Part shown: in pieces, positions 55,684-64,000 of the stretch | How positions within the stretch are numbered: the first letter of the stretch is position 1 | Layout: the number at the start of each line of letters is the position of its first letter | Assembly: GCF_006345805.1 (NCBI RefSeq) | Contig: NC_043005.1 | Span: 40,486,001 to 40,550,000 of the forward strand | Reading direction: 5' to 3' | Source: Octopus sinensis | Lineage: Eukaryota | Length of the DNA stretch: 64,000 bases | Notes under the pieces: generated by a model | The model's input: only the letters and a program-made list of their open reading frames with translations | Databases searched by the model: none | What the model was told of the DNA's origin: nothing | Program-made: the position numbers and the translations under genes

Positions 55684-56159
55684 TATATATATATACGTAC
55701 ATACACACACATACGCATATATACGTCGTACATACACACACACACACACACCACACACACATATATATATATATATATTATATATATATATTCATGTCAC
55801 GTATAGGTGTATATATGTATGTAAATGTATAGTTGTATATTTGTGTGTGTGTATGTGTGTATAAGACCGAAACTTTAATTAATATTGATTAAATGTAGAA
55901 TGTGCGATACATTCTTGATTTTTTTTTTTTTTTTTTTGAAAGACGGTACGGTGTTATTAACAAGGAATTTGGCATATTTTTCATATAGGAAGCTTCTTTG
56001 TAGAAGCTTCTTTGTTCATTCGCAGTAAAGTGTAATTTGAGGGAAATTTGTCAGTGATTTCTAGCATGTTAAGCAAAGTAGGAAGAGACTTGAGAGGAGA
56101 CCTTAACTTTTAGGATTATTATTGCTGTTATTAAGCAACATAAAGTCAGCCGTAGCTTA

Positions 56160-56400
56160 CAACAAGGACTGTCTGGGGTCGTAAGACTCATAATGCAGAT
56201 TACTGAGATTCCACGGCGAATAATGTGACCGAGATCACCAGACGCCAGTTCGTCGAGGTTACTCATTTACAGCAAGTGGACAAGAGCAATGTGAAATTAA
56301 GAGTTTTACTCAAGAACACAAATTACCGCCCTGTCCGAGAAGCGAAACCACGATTGTACGATCATGAGAGCAATACCCTAGGTACTAGAGCATACGCCTT
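56160..56400 (-). mobile_element. Diverged tRNA-derived SINE, family D-like
   Basis: The reverse complement begins GGCGTATGCTCTAGTACC, with a B-box-like GGTTTCGCTTCT and CTTGAGTAAAACTC. Confidence 0.6.
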
Positions 56401-56805
56401 CACCCCCTATCATACGACCAAAGCATTCCAGCCATGACTGTTCCGCATTTCATACAGCTATATAGCTACATTGTATGTTTCATTTCCATTTCATGAGAAA
56501 ATAAGGTTTTTTTGATTTTGCGGAGCTTTGCCTGTTATTTTTGGAAGGTAGAGGCTCTCGTGCTGGCAAGGGAAACAGTTTTAGCAATCTTTACAAAATA
56601 CGTTTACAAATCCGTACAGGCTTGTGCCCAGAAAGGTGAGAAGGCAGATAAAGCGTGTGCGTCAGAGTGTATGTAGGCGTGTGTACACGAGAAGGATATA
56701 TATATACATAAATACATATATACATACACACATATATGTGTGTATGAATACATATATATATATGTATATATATATATGTATATATATATATATGTATGTT
56801 TATAT

Positions 56806-56840
<35 letters not shown>

Positions 56841-56863
56841 TATATACATACATACATACATAC

Positions 56864-56903
<40 letters not shown>

Positions 56904-57035
56904 GTAGATACACAAACATACATACACACATAGATATATGCATACATAGGCACACACATACACGAACCCCCACAACACACACACACACGCACAAATACGA
57001 CATTGATATTCAAATATATAGCATAATTACACACG

Positions 57036-57071
<36 letters not shown>

Positions 57072-57198
57072 TTTGTATATACAGCCATGCGCATACTTAT
57101 TATTACATGTTCAACAACAGAGGAAGGGCCTTTAAGAAGGTGGGTGCTACGTTATAAAAAGAGAGAGATATAAAGAGAAAGAGAGGGAGAGAAAAATG

Positions 57199-57230
<32 letters not shown>

Positions 57231-57342
57231 TAAACATTTTAAGAGAGAAGGCGGACATACAAGCCCCGCCTTATGCAGGAAGATATCTATTTAAGCTTAC
57301 CACCAGCTTCTCCGAAAATCATTCAAAAGTTAACCGCTTACT

Positions 57343-57375
<33 letters not shown>

Positions 57376-58443
57376 CATATATTTATACACGCATACTACA
57401 TATTTATATATTTATACAGGCAAAATATATTGCACATATTTATATATATATATATTTATACGCTCATACATTTATATAACTATCACCACATTTATATATT
57501 TTTCGTTGCATAAATCAATAGCTAATATCCATATTTTATTCATTCATTCATTGATATATATATTCTGCATCAGTATTCCTTTGAAGGACCCAACGATTAC
57601 ACACTCGCCTAACAGGTTGGAGCAGCAGCAGCAACATCAGCAGCAGCATCAGTAGTAGTAGTAGTAGTAGTAGTAGTTGTAGTGGTGGTGGTAGTGGTTG
57701 TGGTGGTGTAGTGTAACCTTCGCTGCTGCAGTTAAAACTAATTTTGTTTTGTTGTATTTCCTATTCACAAACTACAGCCCGTAACAAACTACGTTCATAC
57801 AAACCCTTCCCTCCTACACACTTACACACACACTTACACACACACACGTCCGTACACACGTTGACGTATATCTATATCTGTCTCCTCTGCATATATATAT
57901 AAATATAGGCTTTTTTTTCTCTAAAACTATACACATTGTCGCACTCATTCAGTGAGCGCGCTTATAGAAGCTATTTTTAAGTCTTGTCACACAAACACAA
58001 AAAGTAAACAACAACAAAAAGGAAGAAAGAAAGACAAGACATCTAACAAAACAAGGATATCCTAATATTATAACATCACTCTTCATCATCACTTACGAAC
58101 TGCAACAACTGTCAAGAGTTGTGATAAAACAACGATTAAGAAAGATCTTAAATACTTCGTTATTACTCTGTGTGGAAAATAAATAAAAAGTGAAAGAAAG
58201 CAGCATGGCCAGCCGGGTAGAAAATATCACATTGCGCTATTGTTCCACCTGTATCTTAATACTCATATGCTCATTGTTCTTTGCCAGAGCCAATTCCATA
58301 TATAAGGTAAAGTGATAATTTTTTCTATATAACAAAATCTGAATTTTCTTTCATTTTTCTCTTGCCTTTATTACCTTTATTTCTTTCCTTCTTTCTCTCG
58401 CTCTCCGACACCATACCTATCTCTCTGTCTGTCTGTATTGCTT

Positions 58444-58667
58444 TCAAATTTTGGCACAAGGCCTAGCAATTTCGGGAGACAGGGTAAGTAAGCTGGACGT
58501 CCAACATCGACTCCTAATGTTCGACAGGTACTTATTTTTACCGACCTCGAAAGAATGAAAGGCAAGGTCGACATTGGCGGAATTTGAACTCAAAAAGGTA
58601 GAGAGAGAGACGGACGAAATGCCGCTAAGCATTTGGTCCGGTGTGCTAACGATTCTGCCAGCACGCC
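58444..58667 (-). mobile_element. SINE family B
   Basis: Reverse-complement similarity to the 59728 copy. Confidence 0.8.
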
Positions 58668-58685
58668 TTATATATATATATATGT

Positions 58686-58882
58686 TTCGTTTTTGGATTT
58701 GGTTTGCAAGATTCTTTATATGAGTTCGTGTGTTGAAGCATATTCTGTTGTGTCTGGGGAGAGTCATTCTCTTTTAGTGCCTTATTATTTAACACACTCA
58801 CCGGTAAAATTTCCACTTATTTCTTATTTTTATTTTCTAAAATTTTCGTTACGTCTTGCAACCTTTTCAATAGTCTTGACTC
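58686..58882 (-). mobile_element. Penelope-like pLTR/ORF-start fragment, family P2
   Basis: Second copy of 45390-45590. Confidence 0.6.
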
Positions 58883-58934
58883 TCTATGAGTGTGTGTATA
58901 TATATAAATATATGTATTTACATGTGTATATATG

Positions 58935-59069
<135 letters not shown>

Positions 59070-59727
59070 TACATACATATACATATATATATATATATGA
59101 ATTTTTATGCATATATATGTTTGTGTGTGTGTAAGTGTAATTATGTATTTATGCATAATAGCGTGACTGGGATGTCTAGTTTCAGCTCTCTGACTTATTC
59201 AACAATACTAATTGAATGGGTTAGATAAACTAACAGCTAGTGATGAAACTTTAAGAGTCCCAGTCAACCCAAACTGTATAGTATCTTTTGATTTTACTAA
59301 AAGTATTGGGTCCTTTTACATGTCATTGTTCGTTGCTTATAAATTTATGATTGAATAGCACGAACATTAACACTTAGTGTATGTGTGTGTTGTGCGTGTG
59401 TGTGTATGTGTATGTGTGTATGTAAGTATAGTATTATACTGGATACAACTAACTCAAAGAAAATAGAAAAAGAACTCAACACCTCTTTATTGTGGTTATA
59501 GGAAAGTTCAGTGTCTTTTAGGGACCAGGAGTTACATTTTGGATGGGAATCTTAGACACGCGCGCACACACTCACACACATACACACTCACAAACACACA
59601 CATTCAATTACACACAGGCACATATATGTATATACATATATGTATGCATATACATGCTTGTATATATGTATATGTGTGTATATATATTTATGTGTATATG
59701 TAATATATTATACATATGTGTATGAAA

Positions 59728-59962
59728 GGCGGCGAGCTGGCAGAAACGTCAGCGCGCCGGGCGAAATGCTTAGCGGTATTTCGTCTGCCGCTACGTTCTG
59801 AGTTCAAATTCCGCCGAGGTAGACTTTGCCGTTCATCCTTTCGGGGTCGATAAATAAAGTACCAGTTTCGCACTGGGGTCGATGTAATCGACTTAATCCA
59901 TTTGTCTGTCCTTGTTTGTCCCCTCTATATTTAGCCCCTTGTGGGTAGGTAGTAAAGAAATA
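59728..59962 (+). mobile_element. Full-length SINE family B with a 16-bp TSD
   Basis: Head GGCGGCGAGCTGGCAGAAACG and B-box GAGTTCAAATTCC. TATACATATGTGTATG occurs at 59709-59724 and 59963-59978. Confidence 0.92.
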
Positions 59963-60852
59963 TATACATATGTGTATGTATTATATATATATATGCATAC
60001 TGTATGCAAATACACAGAGTATATACGATAGCTACGTATGTGTATCACAGTGATGATGATGATTATAACTGCTACCTCCACCACCACTACCACCACCACT
60101 ACCACCACCACCACCAACAACAACAACAGCAACACCCCTCTGTTTTTGCTACTATCGTCATCAGGTACGCCTCTGTGAGCCAACGATGGAGCCTCCACGA
60201 GTTTTTCTCGATCTGTTAGGAACAATAGTCAAATTTCCATCAGACCACATCTTAATCGCGACCGCATAAAAAAACATGTACGCGGTCGCACGATATGCTA
60301 GACATAGCATGTTACATCTCCCTGAAAATACCATACCTGAAATATAAAATCTATATAAAAAAAAATTTTTTTTTAATAAAAAAAAGAAAAAGAAAATAGG
60401 AAATGTTGGGTGATTCAATTCTTGAATACATTGTCTGAAAATTTTGCGGGATGGCCATGGCTGGAATCAGAATCTAAACAACAGAAGAAAACTGCTAATA
60501 TAGTGTAGTGCACTCGCTGCATGAGGTGACAGTGAAATATGGGTGGTCCAGAGCATAGAGAGTCTGTTCTGAATGACTCATGCACCGTAAAATGCAATTG
60601 TACAGATGTATACCAATGTACATATATGTATGTGTTCATAGGTGGATGGCTGAATGCACACTCGTGTAGTAAGTACATAAGCATATATGGTTATATGTGC
60701 GCGTGTACGTGCGTATGTGTGTGTGTGTGTGTGTCAGTGTGTATGTGTGTGTGTGTGTGCGCGCACGCGGTCATATATATGTATAAATAAACGAACGATA
60801 TTCATGGGTCCCAAAACTATATATAGAGAGAGATAGAGATAGAGATAGATAG

Positions 60853-60923
<71 letters not shown>

Positions 60924-60942
60924 CAGACAGGCAGACAGCCAT

Positions 60943-61060
<118 letters not shown>

Positions 61061-61308
61061 TTCTTTATTAGCCACACAGGCTGCACACAGACAGAACAAA
61101 TTACAAGGTAGAGCTTTTCTTTTGGGGGTAAAAAAGAGGGGGTTGGTTTTCGATCAAAAGGGATCGTAAAAGGAAAGAAAGAGGACAAAAAAAGGGGAGG
61201 ATTTTAAAAAAAGGTGGGGAGAGGGAAAAAAAAAGTTGATCAATAGGGATCGTAATCACAGAAATGTCAATATGAAGTGTAAAGGGGAGGACAGGTGAGG
61301 TTTACCCG
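61061..61308 (-). mobile_element. Short 5'-truncated copy of the Tx1-like 3' UTR inside (GATA)n
   Basis: Reverse complement of ~49537-49808. (GATA)n arrays lie on both sides. Confidence 0.9.
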
Positions 61309-61321
61309 TAGATAGATAGAT

Positions 61322-61398
<77 letters not shown>

Positions 61399-61448
61399 CA
61401 GACAGAGACAGACAGACAGACAGACAGACAGGTAGGTAGGTAGGTAGG

Positions 61449-61523
<75 letters not shown>

Positions 61524-62292
61524 GTAGGTAGGTAGGTAGGTAGGTAGGTAGACAGAGACAGACAGACAGACAGATTGCTAGACTGAATGTTTATTTCCGT
61601 TCTCTTTACCCTTCCATCTCATTCATCCCCACCGTCTCCGCCTCATACTCTCTGACCTGTCTCTTCGCTTTATTTATCTCCATACTATATTAGGTAGGAC
61701 CTCGCGTTGTGAATCTATCAATACATGTTTATTCTAAACTGCATTGTATATTTTGTCCAAAGCACTTCGTTCAACTGATTGAAAACGAGTCATCTCGTTA
61801 TTTTTTTTTTGTTGTTTTTATATATTAAACATCTCTAGTTTACTAATTGTTTGAATACTATCAGTTGGACCTACTTTTTCTAAGTTTTTCTTGACTTACA
61901 GTGTATTGTATACAAAATATTGTTTAATTAACTACAAGGCATAAAACGTACAAATATACAAATTAAGCTAATTACTTATATGCTAGCATAATTATTTAGA
62001 ACTGCTAAAACAGCTGATCTATGCTGTTGACTGGAAAGCGAAGCCGGGTACCTTTTCTCTGAAGAACAACCAACAAACCGTGAAACGCTCCGTCCGAAGA
62101 CTCCCCTCCCTCCATTTTTTTTTTGTCTGCACATTAGTTTATATAGAATGTGCACACATTATTATTTAAACCAAAGTGAAGCTTTGTAATGTTTAAATTT
62201 ATTTTTGTTCTGATTTACATTTTTGTGCATAATACGCAAACATACATACATCATACAAATATACATTCATACACATCTGCATACGCATAGAC

Positions 62293-62332
<40 letters not shown>

Positions 62333-63734
62333 ACTGTGAGTGTAGGTATGTGTCTTTGCATGTGCATGTTGGACCAAATGCATAAGCTGCGCCCTGGTGC
62401 AGTGATTATTAGAGACGTGAGAGCAACAGGCAAAGAGACGAGGCAGCAGACAGCCTGGTGGGCTGTCATGTAGACAGACGACCGGGCAGAAAGGGAGAGA
62501 GAGAGAGAGATAGAGAGAAGAGAGAGAAGAGAGAGACAAAGCGATAATGATAAAGATGGAAGAAAGAGGATGGAGAGAGAGAGAGAGAAAGAGAGATAAA
62601 TAGACAATAATCACAGGACTATTTGCAATCGTTAGATGATCAACAGAGGTTGTAACTGACAGATTACACTTGCATAAAGACTACACGGACAACAGATGAC
62701 AGATAATAGATAAAAAGACGGGAGAATAGGAGAGAAGTACTGAAACGTATATTTACAGACAGGCAGACAGACTGATCGATAATCAATCTGACTGATAGAA
62801 ATATAATAAGCAAATAACTAAAATGATACAACTTTAATACAGCGACCCGTAACCCCTTCCTTTAATTCACACTTTATTGACCGAGTCTTCTTATTCCCCC
62901 CTTTTCGGTTTCCTCTCTCTCTCTCTCCTACACCATAGTAAAGTAGCACCCCCCCTCTCTCTCTCTCTCTGCTGTTCTCTGTCGTTCTCTCAAGCTAAGC
63001 ACGTATCTCTTTTTCAAGCACAACCTTACAAATGATGCACACACACACACACACACACACATACACACACACACACACGCAATAGGAACATGCATACACA
63101 TGAGTGCATATGTATACGAGAAGAGGGAGAGAGCGAGAGAGTGCGTGTGTGTGTGAGAGAGAGAGAATGTATATATGTATGTATGTTATGCAGTTGTCCT
63201 CCAGCTTCCTCGTCTTACGATCAAAGCTGACCCGAGGCCATAAACATTTTACCGCTCTTCTCATTTAACCATAATCACACCACTATTACCACCACCGCCA
63301 CCACCACTAACTGCACCGCCGCTGCCACTACCACCACCACCACCACCACCACCACTAACTGCACCGCCGCTGCCACTACCATCATATGTTAGAACAGCTC
63401 TCTCCACTTTTTTTTTTTCAAACCTCTCACATTCTATATTACACTCCCCGCCAACTCGTCTTACTCTCATATTTCTACTATAAATCTATATATGTCACAC
63501 CATAACATTCGACTCGGCATCTGAATGAATGCTTTTTTGTTTGTTTGTTTGTTAGTTTCTACGTGAATGAAATGTCAAGAATTAGATATTTATATATTAT
63601 AAATAAATAACCTTATCGTTCGTTGCTTCTGTCTTCTCATTTTCCTTTTTTTTTTACTTTTTCCTCTCTGATTTTTTTTTTCTTCTTTTTCTTGACATCC
63701 TTTTCTGTTTCAGAATTCGCGCGCGTACTTGCAT

Positions 63735-64000
63735 GTGCATGTATGTATGTATGTATGTATGTATGTATGTATGTATGTATGTATGTATGTATGTATGTAT
63801 GCATGCATGTATGTATGTATGTATGTATGTACGTATGTGTGTATGTATGTATGTATGTATGTATGTATGCATGCATGTATGTACGTATGTGTGTATGTAT
63901 GTATGTATGTATGTACGTACGTATGTATGTATGTATGTATGTATGTATGTATGTATGTATTTATGTATGTATGTATGTATGTACGTATGTGTGTATGTGT
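63735..64000. repeat. (TATG)n array
   Basis: Read directly from the sequence. Confidence 0.95.

Noticed and set aside
62059-62092. CTGAAGA..GAAACGCTC motif
   Set aside because: Helix II has only 2 bp and helices I and III are unsupported.

Overview
This is eukaryotic, AT-rich, repeat-saturated genomic DNA. The SINE families and the extreme load of (TA)n, (TACA)n, (GATA)n and (TAA)n tracts point to an octopus; that assignment is inferred from repeat content only. I found no intact host protein-coding gene. Most listed ORFs are translations of microsatellites ([16 protein letters not shown]) or pieces of decayed transposons. Recognisable DNA transposons are an Academ-like transposase relic, an intron-containing hAT transposase, two hAT MITEs, Tc1 and mariner relics, a Sola2-like element with long TIRs and a Helitron-like element. 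Recognisable retroelements are many R4/Dong-type (RT plus restriction-like endonuclease) fragments, Penelope-like elements, Tx1/L1-like 3' ends, an RTE fragment and at least four tRNA-derived SINE families. The strongest unexpected signal is a canonical type I hammerhead ribozyme at 7019-7072. It sits at the centre of a 343-bp unit bounded by 56-bp direct repeats, which is a retrozyme-like layout, and the unit lies inside the intron of the hAT transposase. Other hammerhead motifs occur at 16238-16299 and in Penelope-like repeats. Several retroelement families appear to be sorted by microsatellite target: Tx1-like in (TATC)n, R4/Dong in (TAA)n and Penelope-like next to (TA)n. Repeat boundaries were read by eye and are approximate unless a TSD or splice site is given.
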